From: Candidatus Aenigmatarchaeota archaeon
GTDB lineage: Archaea; Aenigmatarchaeota; Aenigmatarchaeia; QMZP01
Assembly (NCBI GenBank): GCA_030670085.1
Contig: DAOVCJ010000001.1
Location: 11,977-75,976, forward strand
Direction of reading: 5' to 3'
Length of the DNA: 64,000 bases
Both the position numbers and the translations under genes were made by a program. Shown one piece after another: positions 26,382-36,500 of the stretch. The notes beneath the pieces were generated by a model. It was given only the letters and a program-made list of their open reading frames with translations. It had not been told where the DNA came from and ran no database searches. Each line of letters begins with the position of its first letter. Position 1 is the stretch's first letter.

Positions 26382-27689
26382 ATGAAGCTTAAAAGAACCC
26401 CTACAAGCGAGCTGAAGGCAGGGAAGAACGTCTTGGTTAAGGGATGGGTTTCCCAGGTTAGAAACCTTGGAGGTCTGGTATTCTTTCTCCTCAGGGACGG
26501 TTATGGGGATATCCAAGTAACTGTTAAGAAGAAAGATGCAAAGAAAGGCATGCTGGATGCTGTCTCGAAACTGGCCAGGGAGAGCTGCGTCACTGTCCAG
26601 GGAACGGTCAAGAAGTCCAAGCAGATTTCAAAGGGGATCGAGATCATACCACAATCAATCGATATCCTTTGCAAGGCAGAGCCTCTGCCCATAGAACCCT
26701 CTGAAAGAATAAACACCAGTCTTGACAAGAGGCTTGACTGGCGTTCGCTTGATCTCAGGGATCCAAAGAACCTCGCGATTTTCAAGATAGAAGCCAAGCT
26801 TATCGAGGGCATGGAAGAGTATCTGAGGAGGCAGGGGTTCTTACAGGTTTTCACTCCATGTATAATGGGAGCTGCATCAGAGGGTGGGGCAGATGTGTTC
26901 AAGGTTGACTACTTCGGAAAGCCTGCTTTCCTGAGGCAGGACCCACAGCTTCACAGGCAACTTGCCCTTATCGGAGGTCTTGAAAGGATATTTGATATAG
27001 GTCCCAGCTGGAGGGCAGAGCCTCATCACACTGCAAGGCATCTTTGTGAGCACAGGGGAATTGCTGTTGAACTCTCGTTTATTGATGATGAAAGGGATGT
27101 TATTATGGTGGAGGAGAAGCTCATTCTCTCTGCCTTCAACAGGGTCAAGAAGGACTGCAAAGAAGAACTGAAGCTCCTGGGAAAGAAGGTAATCGTTCCC
27201 AAGACCCCATTCCCCCTTCTCGAGTTTCCCAAGATATATGACATACTAGAGAAGATGGGAAAAAAGATAGAGTTTGGGGAGGAGTACGACACAGAATCCG
27301 AGAAGCTTTTATGGGAATGGGTCAAGAAGAAGCATGAAAACGATTTCTACTTCGTGAACAGGTTCCCCTTCAAGGTAAAGCCATTCTATGTGATGCGGAT
27401 TGATGGTGATCCCCAGTGGGCAAGGAGCACTGACCTGCTTTACAGGGGAGTGGAGCAGAGCTCTGGAGGTCAGAGAGAGCACAGGTACGAAAAGATAATC
27501 GAGCAGGCCAAGATAAAGGGAATGAATCTCAAAAGCTTGGAGTGGTTCACCAAATTCTTCAAGTACGGTGCACCCCCACATGGAGGATTCTGTCTTGGTC
27601 TGGAGAGACTGACATGGATGATGCTGGATATAGGGAATATAAGGGAGACTTGTTTGTTCCCAAGGGCGCCAGAGAGGATTCTGCCCTAA
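26382..27689 (+). CDS. aspS: Aspartyl-tRNA synthetase, archaeal type
   Basis: An OB N-domain is followed by class II motifs FLQVFTP, FRAEPHHTARHLCE and GAPPHGGFCLGLERL. Confidence 0.95.
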   Translation: MKLKRTPTSELKAGKNVLVKGWVSQVRNLGGLVFFLLRDGYGDIQVTVKKKDAKKGMLDAVSKLARESCVTVQGTVKKSKQISKGIEIIPQSIDILCKAEPLPIEPSERINTSLDKRLDWRSLDLRDPKNLAIFKIEAKLIEGMEEYLRRQGFLQVFTPCIMGAASEGGADVFKVDYFGKPAFLRQDPQLHRQLALIGGLERIFDIGPSWRAEPHHTARHLCEHRGIAVELSFIDDERDVIMVEEKLILSAFNRVKKDCKEELKLLGKKVIVPKTPFPLLEFPKIYDILEKMGKKIEFGEEYDTESEKLLWEWVKKKHENDFYFVNRFPFKVKPFYVMRIDGDPQWARSTDLLYRGVEQSSGGQREHRYEKIIEQAKIKGMNLKSLEWFTKFFKYGAPPHGGFCLGLERLTWMMLDIGNIRETCLFPRAPERILP

Positions 27690-27696
27690 TGAAACA

Positions 27697-27704
27697 ATTT
27701 TTAA
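27697..27704 (+). promoter_or_regulatory. TATA-like box for the prepilin/adhesin operon (leaderless start candidate)
   Basis: ATTTTTAA is centred about 25 nt upstream of ATG 27725. No SD lies between them. Confidence 0.3.
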
Positions 27705-27724
27705 TCTGAAAACAAATTATTATT

Positions 27725-28120
27725 ATGAAAAAAGCTCAGATGTTTATTTTGACAATGGTTTTTCTCGTTGGTCTAGTTTTTGTCATACAGCAGGGGCTCG
27801 TAAACTGGTTCTCATACTCGATGGAGTTTTTTACTGATGTACAGAAGAACGACTATTACCTTTTAAATAATGTTAAGGCAATGACAGAGAAAACCATAGA
27901 AAACTCACAAAGCTGTGACGAAGCTAGAGAGAGTCTTAACGAACTCAGGAGTTTCCTGCAGAGCCATGTATTCAGTGGTTACTTCCTGGAGTTCAGATAC
28001 AGGCTGAATTGCGCTTACTGGAATAATGTTCCCCCCAATCCCAATCCGCTAAACGTGACAATCCATATAACAGGAGAAAATATAGATACCTCTGGAAATT
28101 TTTTCCTCTACAGGTTCTAG
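27725..28120 (+). CDS. Prepilin-like protein 1 of the 27.7-40.7 kb cluster
   Basis: MKKAQMFILTMVFLVGLVFVIQQG has K-A|Q followed by a hydrophobic helix. The body of the protein is unrecognised. Confidence 0.5.
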   Translation: MKKAQMFILTMVFLVGLVFVIQQGLVNWFSYSMEFFTDVQKNDYYLLNNVKAMTEKTIENSQSCDEARESLNELRSFLQSHVFSGYFLEFRYRLNCAYWNNVPPNPNPLNVTIHITGENIDTSGNFFLYRF

Positions 28121-28171
28121 CACCGAAGCAATTAAATAACTATATAAATGCCCTCAGACAAATTAAATAAT

Positions 28172-28735
28172 ATGAGGAAGGGTGCATTCCAGCTGAGTCT
28201 CAGTTTCATAATAGTGGTGGTTTTTGCTGTTATAGTTCTGTCCCTTGCAATAGCATGGATACAGGGGATATTCGAGGTTCTGAATCCGCTTACACACTCG
28301 GTTACGGATGTTGCGAGGCAGGAACTGCTGGACAGGATTGCAAGGAGCGATGCGAGGGTAGGTATTGCCGCGCCGGATGTTACAGCATGGAGGAGAGGAG
28401 AGACAGGCTCCTATTCGGTTGGTGTGAGGAACATTCACACAGACCAGGACAAGACATTCTCCATGAATGTCTATCTTGAGGAGATAGGGGGCGGTCTCCC
28501 AGGCACTGCAGCTCAGTATGAGTCTGAGGTTGGAGAATGGCTGACCTTCTTCAAAAAAACATTTGTGGAAAGTTCAGGATCAGCAACCACTGACATAGTT
28601 ATAAAACCACCAACAGATGCGGAAAGAGGCATATACATGTTCAGGATCATTGTGTGCGATGCAAGTTCTTGTACAAACCTAGGGTCCCCAAACCTTTACG
28701 GTTCCCAACAGTTCACGCTTGAGATAAAGGGATAG
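28172..28735 (+). CDS. Prepilin-like protein 2
   Basis: The start is set at MRKGAFQLSLSFIIVVVFAVIVLSLAIAW (K-G|A). The C-terminal half looks like a beta-sandwich (..TDIVIKPPTDAERGIYMFRIIVCD..). Confidence 0.55.
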   Translation: MRKGAFQLSLSFIIVVVFAVIVLSLAIAWIQGIFEVLNPLTHSVTDVARQELLDRIARSDARVGIAAPDVTAWRRGETGSYSVGVRNIHTDQDKTFSMNVYLEEIGGGLPGTAAQYESEVGEWLTFFKKTFVESSGSATTDIVIKPPTDAERGIYMFRIIVCDASSCTNLGSPNLYGSQQFTLEIKG

Positions 28736-28779
28736 ACCTATTCTTAAATCTTCATACCAAGAATTAAGCAGGTGTTTCT

Positions 28780-28926
28780 ATGGAGGTCTTCAGGTGTGAT
28801 TGCGAAAGGGGATTTGACCTTGTAATGGGCGGAAAAGAGAAAACCTTTGATTGTCCCCGCTGCAAAACCGTGTGGAAGGCAGAGGCTGTGAGGGGATACT
28901 ACAGGCTTCTCAAATGGGTGGAATAG
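28780..28926 (+). CDS. Unlisted 48-aa zinc-ribbon-like micro-ORF
   Basis: MEVFRCDCERGFDLVMGGKEKTFDCPRCKTVWKAEAVRGYYRLLKWVE carries CxC...CxxC. It is co-directional with the cluster and lies in an otherwise empty 290-nt gap. It falls below the ORF-track length cut-off. Confidence 0.35.
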   Translation: MEVFRCDCERGFDLVMGGKEKTFDCPRCKTVWKAEAVRGYYRLLKWVE

Positions 28927-29027
28927 CGAGACCCGCATTGGATAGATTTAACAAATGTGGGAGACGAGAGAAATAAGCAAATCCCTGCAAAAATATAACT
29001 GATTCTAGTTAATTATTAAAGGGTAGA

Positions 29028-29516
29028 ATGAAAGCTATGAGCGTTGGGATGATTTTTGGAATAATATTTGCTATTTTGGTTATGGTGATGATTCTCGTTT
29101 TCGGCTCAGATGTCATTGTTAGTATCTTTTGCATGGGGAACGATGCCCAGACCCAGAAGACCATACAAAACCTGCAGACCTTTGTGGATAACCTTTACCT
29201 CCTTCCATCTGGTTCAGGTGATTACTTTACCCTTAATCTCCCGAGGGATTCAAAAATATGCTTTGTGAATACAACATATCCAGGTCCTGTTTTTTACCCA
29301 GATCCCCTAAAGACCTGGGATCCTGACAAGGTCTACCAGAGGATAATAAAGGAAGAAGGATACAACATATGGTACCACCACTGCAGCGGACAGTCTGGCG
29401 GGAAGATAGATCACCTGTATATTGGCAAGGAAGATACAAAGAACTTCTGCGCAAAACCAGGGATGAAGTTATACCTTGAGAATGTGGGAAGGTGGGTTGC
29501 CATAATAGAGGATTAG
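29028..29516 (+). CDS. Prepilin-like protein 3
   Basis: MKAMSVGMIFGIIFAILVMVMILVFG has K-A|M followed by a hydrophobic helix. Confidence 0.45.
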   Translation: MKAMSVGMIFGIIFAILVMVMILVFGSDVIVSIFCMGNDAQTQKTIQNLQTFVDNLYLLPSGSGDYFTLNLPRDSKICFVNTTYPGPVFYPDPLKTWDPDKVYQRIIKEEGYNIWYHHCSGQSGGKIDHLYIGKEDTKNFCAKPGMKLYLENVGRWVAIIED

Positions 29517-29517
29517 T

Positions 29518-30633
29518 ATGATCAGCCTATACAGAATGTTTCAGATGATATTCGGAATTATTGTCTCGGTGTTTATTCTATACTTTCTGATACAGTACGC
29601 ATCGAATTACGCAGGATTCCAGAAGGATGTCCAGAAGGTAACCATTATCAAGAACCTGAAAATAACAGCAGAGAGTGTATACACGTATGGGAACCCTGTT
29701 GATTTTCCTGACACGTCTAGGTATGATTTTTCCTCATGTTATATGATTATTAACAAACCCGAACCGCCAAACATAAAATGCGATTTCGGGGAGGTAGGTT
29801 CTGTCCTGATACCAATGCTGTTATCAGCAGATGGTGAGGTTGTGGTTGACAGGGCTGACCTCAACTTTGGGTGGCATGTCATGCACTGGATTGAGGTGAT
29901 GCCGGAGAGTGTAATACTATTTACACCCATGGATTCCTCAGAAGTGACCTGGAACCTCATGAAAAACCTTACTGACGTCCTTCCCTCAACAGAGAACCTC
30001 GAAAACAATATAACCTATGATTTCTGTGATGGCAATACTTTGACTTATGCGTGTGGGGGACCGTGCGAGAAGTTTAGTTTTATGACTGTTCTGGATTCCG
30101 TCCGAGACTCAGCTTCAAGATGCACGAGGTCACTTTCGAAAAAATACAGGCTTATAACAATATCCAACAATTGTGGGCCTGGTTTTTCTAATTACGGGGT
30201 TTGTGTCAAGCCATCACAGGATGGGGTTGGTGTTGCGTATCTGGCGGGTTCTGGGGAAACCTATGTCTACAAGGACCCTTTGGATATAATAGCCCTTGTT
30301 ATTGGTGGGAGTGAGAAGGATGTTCTTGGGAAGACGTTTGGGGAGAAGCTCTACGATTACAAGAACGAGGTCTGGGGAGAGAGACTTTCCCTTGCAGCAA
30401 AGATAATGAAGCAAAGAATGCTCCTGGTTTCTAGCAGGTACCAGTATTTGGGTGAGAATCTGGAATGCATACCAATATATGCAAACCTTGCCGGTATGCT
30501 TGCTTCCATAACTGATATGGCAAAGGGAAATTACAAGAACGAGGCGGTTATGAGGAATCTTGCAACCAGGTTAAAGGAAGCGGAATCCCTGTACCAGGAC
30601 CTGGTTGATTTGGGATGTGAATATTATGTATAG
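29518..30633 (+). CDS. N-terminally membrane-anchored protein of unknown family (10 Cys)
   Basis: The YRMFQMIFGIIVSVFILYFLIQYA anchor has no clear K-G/A cleavage motif. The gene starts 1 nt after the upstream stop. Confidence 0.5.
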   Translation: MISLYRMFQMIFGIIVSVFILYFLIQYASNYAGFQKDVQKVTIIKNLKITAESVYTYGNPVDFPDTSRYDFSSCYMIINKPEPPNIKCDFGEVGSVLIPMLLSADGEVVVDRADLNFGWHVMHWIEVMPESVILFTPMDSSEVTWNLMKNLTDVLPSTENLENNITYDFCDGNTLTYACGGPCEKFSFMTVLDSVRDSASRCTRSLSKKYRLITISNNCGPGFSNYGVCVKPSQDGVGVAYLAGSGETYVYKDPLDIIALVIGGSEKDVLGKTFGEKLYDYKNEVWGERLSLAAKIMKQRMLLVSSRYQYLGENLECIPIYANLAGMLASITDMAKGNYKNEAVMRNLATRLKEAESLYQDLVDLGCEYYV

Positions 30634-31114
30634 AAAAAAAAGAGGACAGGTTAGCATAATGGAATATATTCTGCTAACCTTTTTCATACTCCTGGTTATC
30701 CTCGCCCTGCTCTTCTTCCTGAGCTGGTGGCAGTTTTCTCAACTCGGCATGCAGGAGCACAAACTTAAAATGGATAGAGTCCTCTTCCTTGCTAGGTACG
30801 TATCCAATTCACCGTATTTTGTAAAGGAAAACTCCATCTTTGACGATTCAAAGCTTACCGCGGCAGCAAGCCTCGGGAGCGGGATATGCAGGGATTTTGA
30901 GGCTGTATTTGGATATAACTGGTTTATCAAGTTCAGGGCTTTTGATGGTGATACGGAAACCCCGTGTACGTGGATGGGATACCCTGATTGCAATTCATGG
31001 GAGTTCTGTACGAAAAACCAGAAGAACATCTCCAGAATTTTACCAGTGAACATCTACAGAAAGATTTCAGAGGATAACGGTATAGGAATAATGGAGGTAG
31101 GGATATACATATGA
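30626..31114 (+). CDS. Prepilin-like protein 4
   Basis: MYRKKRGQVSIMEYILLTFFILLVILALLFF has R-G|Q. The start overlaps the upstream gene by 8 nt. Confidence 0.55.
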   Translation: MYRKKRGQVSIMEYILLTFFILLVILALLFFLSWWQFSQLGMQEHKLKMDRVLFLARYVSNSPYFVKENSIFDDSKLTAAASLGSGICRDFEAVFGYNWFIKFRAFDGDTETPCTWMGYPDCNSWEFCTKNQKNISRILPVNIYRKISEDNGIGIMEVGIYI

Positions 31115-31644
31115 AAATGAAAAAGAAGGCCCAAACATCAATGATACTGCTGGTAATAGTAATAATAATCTTTGCAGCCCTTGGTATTTTCCTGTTCTCC
31201 CTTGCTCAGACCGTTTCACCAAAGGACTACATGAATATGTACACCCACAATCTTCTCCTCTCCATCCTGAGAGCTGACACAGGATCCCATGATCCAGAAT
31301 GCAAATACGTATCCGACCTGATATCCTGCTCATTCTTCATGCCATCCACATATCAGTGTTCGGGATTGGATATGACTTGCCAGGAGCTTGCACAATCAAG
31401 AATAGACTATTACATGTCCAAGTATGCAGACCTGCAGAAAAGTTTCAGATACCTCCTTACAGTAAATCCAAAGGGGTTCCTGGCAAAGACACCGGAAGGG
31501 GAGGCCCTCAGAATCGAGTTTGGTGATTCCAGCCTCAAGGATGAAAAGGTTCAGAAATGGTCTGCAAACGAGCTCATACAGAGGGTTTCTGGCATGACAG
31601 AATATTATCTAACGGTTAACCTGCTCATATCTGTCAGGGAATAA
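31111..31644 (+). CDS. Prepilin-like protein 5
   Basis: MKMKKKAQTSMILLVIVIIIFAALGIFLF has K-A|Q. An ATGA-type overlap joins it to the upstream gene. Confidence 0.55.
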   Translation: MKMKKKAQTSMILLVIVIIIFAALGIFLFSLAQTVSPKDYMNMYTHNLLLSILRADTGSHDPECKYVSDLISCSFFMPSTYQCSGLDMTCQELAQSRIDYYMSKYADLQKSFRYLLTVNPKGFLAKTPEGEALRIEFGDSSLKDEKVQKWSANELIQRVSGMTEYYLTVNLLISVRE

Positions 31645-31678
31645 TATTATATAAATTAGTAACTGTAAATTATATTAT

Positions 31679-33523
31679 ATGGAAAGGAAGGGGCAGGTTG
31701 AGTTTATCGTTATTCTTGGGCTTCTGGTTGTTATCGCTGTGGTCATTTTCTATGCGTACCAGTCTGGTTTGCTTACTCCAGTTGTTTCCCCTGATGTTTC
31801 CCTCGCAGAGGACTCTGTGAGAAACCTAATAAGGGCCGGTGCCTATCAAACCCTCACAAACATGAGCCTTTACGGGGGATACCTGAATGCAGATTCCTTT
31901 CAGATGGGTTCCCTGACCTTTAACGGGAAGGAGGTTCCCTACTGGCAGAAAAACGGACAGATAACATACCCAGACTTGCATATGAACTTCAAGGAGGGTA
32001 TCAAGAGCTATCTTATCCAGAACAAGGACGGGTTTGCAAACGCATACACCGAGGAGTATGGTAAGGAGATTGTGATAGGTGAACCATCTGTTTCAGCAAA
32101 CTTTATGAACGACAAGATAGACCTGCTTGTGAACATGCCAACCACCCTTGACGGCAACGCAGTCCCACAGCCATACACAATATCCATCTCCACAAGATTC
32201 GAAGAGATACATGATTTCTCAACCGGTTTCCTAACCTTCTCAAGCACAAACAGGCCCCTGGAATACTTCACACTTGCCTCAATGCTCATGTCACCGATCA
32301 AGCAGGGCGTGCATGAGGTTCCGATATTTTTGTTCTTGACAGATTGTGGGGAGATGGTTTACAGGAGCTGGGGTGATGTAAAACCCGGGGCTGAATATGC
32401 GATAAAGACAACACTCGCTCACACGTATATGCCCGGGAAATATCCACAGAACGTTTTGCGCACAACAAGCCATCCGAAGTATTCCATACCTCCTATAAAC
32501 GGGAAAGAGTATGAGAATATAGATATAACCTTCCACCTACCTGATGATTTTGAGCTGACACAGAACAATCTACAGTTCGACCCAGATCCCATATTCCTGC
32601 TGGCAGAACCGGTTCTAATGACAAGCTCCTGCCAGTCAGAACCCGTCTTTGTAAAATACTTCATTCTGTACCCAACTGTTGTTAGGGTTAAGGATACCCT
32701 TACCGGGAATTCCTTCCACTTCGCAACAGAGGTCTTCATATTCAACAACACCCCTGGGGACTGGGCAGATATGGCAGGGTACATACCAAGCGAACTGAAA
32801 GCAATATGCGATAATCCGCTTTGCTCAGCCAGTCTCACTGTTCGTGACAGCAGCGGTAACCCCATCCCCTATGCATCAGTAAGCTTCATGAGATGTAATC
32901 TGGGAGCGACGAATTCTCAGGGAAGATTTGTGGGAACTGCTCCATGCGGTGTGGGTCCACTTGAGGTTTATAAGAATGGCTATGGACTGTACAGCGAGAT
33001 GAAGGCAGCGGATATCGAGGATTTACAGGTAACCCTGTTCAAGACACCGGTTATAAACCTGTATTTCCACGAAGTAATAGTCCAGAACCTTTCAATGAAC
33101 AAGCAATACATGATCAGGTCTGATGGAATAGACTGGATAAATGCAAGGCATCCTGAGATTGTTTACATGAACATGTTTTCATACACCATTGTCCAGTCTA
33201 ACCAGCTGATATTCAAGAACAAGATGGGAAGGCTGAGTTACATGCCACCGGATGATTATGTTATAGGAGCCAACATGATTAGCGATACAACTCTGGTGGG
33301 TGCATTCATTCTGAACTACACTATAACAGAAAACATGGATGGCAGGGATCTGCACATATATCTGCCATACATACCCGAGATTGCGAATGTAGAGAGTGAT
33401 GAAGAACTTGGAGCAGTCATGGTGGAGCTTACAAGCCTGCTCAAGAAATGTGGTCTTGGTCCGATAAGAGATACGCCGGTTGAGAACTTTGGAGGATGCA
33501 TAGTGGGATACAATGAACTTTAA
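31679..33523 (+). CDS. Large (614 aa) prepilin-like protein 6, candidate tip/adhesin pilin
   Basis: MERKGQVEFIVILGLLVVIAVVIFYAY has K-G|Q-V-E. The body of about 580 aa is unrecognised. Confidence 0.6.
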   Translation: MERKGQVEFIVILGLLVVIAVVIFYAYQSGLLTPVVSPDVSLAEDSVRNLIRAGAYQTLTNMSLYGGYLNADSFQMGSLTFNGKEVPYWQKNGQITYPDLHMNFKEGIKSYLIQNKDGFANAYTEEYGKEIVIGEPSVSANFMNDKIDLLVNMPTTLDGNAVPQPYTISISTRFEEIHDFSTGFLTFSSTNRPLEYFTLASMLMSPIKQGVHEVPIFLFLTDCGEMVYRSWGDVKPGAEYAIKTTLAHTYMPGKYPQNVLRTTSHPKYSIPPINGKEYENIDITFHLPDDFELTQNNLQFDPDPIFLLAEPVLMTSSCQSEPVFVKYFILYPTVVRVKDTLTGNSFHFATEVFIFNNTPGDWADMAGYIPSELKAICDNPLCSASLTVRDSSGNPIPYASVSFMRCNLGATNSQGRFVGTAPCGVGPLEVYKNGYGLYSEMKAADIEDLQVTLFKTPVINLYFHEVIVQNLSMNKQYMIRSDGIDWINARHPEIVYMNMFSYTIVQSNQLIFKNKMGRLSYMPPDDYVIGANMISDTTLVGAFILNYTITENMDGRDLHIYLPYIPEIANVESDEELGAVMVELTSLLKKCGLGPIRDTPVENFGGCIVGYNEL

Positions 33524-36500
33524 GATTGTGACACTGGAGATATTTGCAATTTTGATATCTGCATTAATATTCAGTATGCCCCTGGTCGCAGCAACGGACA
33601 TAAACATATTCTTCAACGGTGTGAAGAAAACAGAAGTAGAATACAAGACAGAGAATTTAATCAACAAGCAGATAGAGTTCATACACGAGGCCAAAGACAT
33701 ACTTTGGAAAAACGTTAAGGTAGCGGTTAAGGTAAACTCCGCGAGCCTGGCAAAGGAGATAAAGAAAATCTATCTCTACAAGTGCAAGAAGCTTTCTCCA
33801 GCGAACTGCATACAGTCTGAGCCACAGGTTTTTGAAAACTTCATTGATGTGGAGCTGTTATGGACTGATATCTCTGAAAGGGAGGGAGTATATGCATATC
33901 CACAGGTTGCAAACCTTCTGATTGTGATAAAGCTTGAGGACCTCAGCGGAACTGTAAGCTGGATTGGTCTGTGGAGCCAGATAAGGAGAAGCGCTTACAA
34001 CACATTCACAGAGTACGACCACGAGCTGAGCGAAATCGATCTGCATGCAAGCTCCCTTGACATAGTGAATCCCATAAAGATGTACATAGAAAACTACGGA
34101 ATGATACCCTTCAACTGGTTAACAAAAGCAGTGTTCAAAACCGCAAACACACTGTATGCGTTGGGAGCTGATGAAAGCGAAATAGAATCGTCCCCGCCGA
34201 GATTTTTGACAGCAACTCCACCCACAAACGAGATAGATACAATAAACAAGGATTTCTACCTCATCTTCTCCAACACAAGCTCGGGTATAGCTAATCCACT
34301 GACACTCAACCTGAACCCAACCTTTAGCTGCGGTGATGGGGCATGCGAGGCAGACCTTGGGGAAACCCCAGGAAGCTGCTGTTATGATTGTCCCTGCGGA
34401 GGAGGGCAGTACTGCGATGTTGACCCAACTGACCCAACAACCGGTGAATGCAAGGATTTGAGCCAAGTATCCCTTCAGGTTGTATCTACCTCATCTCCAC
34501 AGATCACTGACTGCTCCGGAACGTTTGATGTTAACATAACACTGAAGATAAACAACCCACCAAGTTCCCTACATTCAGACATCCCATCGGTTTTCAAGCT
34601 GGACGAAACTGTTTACTCAACAAGTTGTTATGGAGGACCACCAGAGTACTGGTGTGTGTTAACACTGAATTCCGATTATGTTGAGTGCGGTCAGGGGAGC
34701 TATAACATAGGCCCGAATGACGTGACAACAAGCATAATCTACACCGATGGCCCGAATGATATGAGCCTGACCCTGAACACAAGCTTCTCTCCAATAATAG
34801 TCAACTATGATTGCTCCTGTGATGATGGGTTCTACTGTGATATCGGGACAGATACATGCAAATCAGAAGACGCAATAACCCTGGGAATAACCTCACTTAC
34901 ATCATATCTGGATAATTACAATGAAGGAGACACAATAGATCTAACAGCCAAGATATTCAACCCACCAACTGGTCTGACCGTTATCTCAACCTCAGCGACC
35001 CTTAACCTGACAGGGGGGCAGGTTTCCCCTGGTTCACCAACCTGCACGGGACCGAGTGCTGATTATGAATACAGTTGCTCCATACCGTTCCAGATAGTTG
35101 GCTACAGCAGGAGCAATTCATACACCTTTGACCCGAACACCCTTATATTCACAATAACCTACAAAGACGGAACAATTGACAAGACAAAGGTTCTGGAAAC
35201 AAATTTCGGTCCGGTGAGCATTCCATCCCAGTACTGTGGGGACGGTGTGTGCAACATGGGGGAAACTCAGGAGTCATGTTGCATTGACTGTGATTGCTCA
35301 GAAGCGGAGGACTACTGTGATCCTGTAAGGGGTTGTGAATCAACAACAGGAGTAACTGTTAGCGTAGATTCTGCTACTCCAACAGAATTCACTGACTGCA
35401 GGCAACCGCACCTGGTAAACATAACGTTAAGGGTAGTCAACCCCCCAAGCACACTGACACTTGATCATTATTTCCATATAACAGGCAACTTACCGAGCGG
35501 GTGGGGCTTGCAGTGTGATGACTCTGGTTACGGAGGCGTTTACTACTGCCATCTAACCATACCTTCAATAGAGGGATGCTCTCTGCCTTACTATGAGATT
35601 GGAAACAATGAGCTTAATGTTTCAATAAGCTTTGATGACGGGGCACCAACATCCACGTTCTATTCAAGAATAACAAAGCAAATGAGCGCTCAATTCTCCA
35701 ACATAAAGGTTATTCCAATCTATGAATGCGGTGATGGGGTGTGCGAATCCAACCTTGGAGAGGGACCTGGAAACTGCTGCATAGATTGTCCATGCAGTTC
35801 AGGGCAGTACTGTGATGTTACTCCATCCAACACCGATGGCGTGTGCAGGTCAAAGGACGCGATAAGCCTGGTTATAGATTCCCCGAAGCAGACGGTGAGA
35901 TTCACGAGCTGTGAGCTACCCCACAACATAAACATAAAGGCCCACGTTAAGAACCAACCCTCAAATATGAAACCGGAATACTATTACGGAACCCTTAACG
36001 GAAGCAGTGCAGAACTCATGCACTGTGATGTGGAAGATTCCTACGGAGCAGCAAACTTCAGCTTTAACTGCACCATGACCGTGTCCCCAGAGTTCAAATG
36101 CGAAAAAGACAAAACCTACACGTACAGAGACAATTCCTTCTCCATATTCATAAGCTACATGAACGGGGACATAACAGAGACCAAAAGCCTTTCAGGAAAA
36201 CTGCCAAACGTTGTGGTAACCCAGACCATAAGATCAATGTACGAAATCATGCAGGAGGCGGAGAAAAAGATGAATGAGAGTCTGCAGAAGGTGAAGGAAA
36301 CAGCCGAGGATATGTTTGAGGAATACAAGAAATGCGTGGACAGGGTGAAGAAGTTAGCACAAATAATGTATATTGTAACCGTAGCCAGTCTGATGTTCGG
36401 AACCATAAAGTTCACAGGACTTGGTGATAAGATTGGCGGGATATTTAAAGGCAAATGGGATGGGCGTCAGTTCGGTGACTTCATATCACTTGTAAGCATG

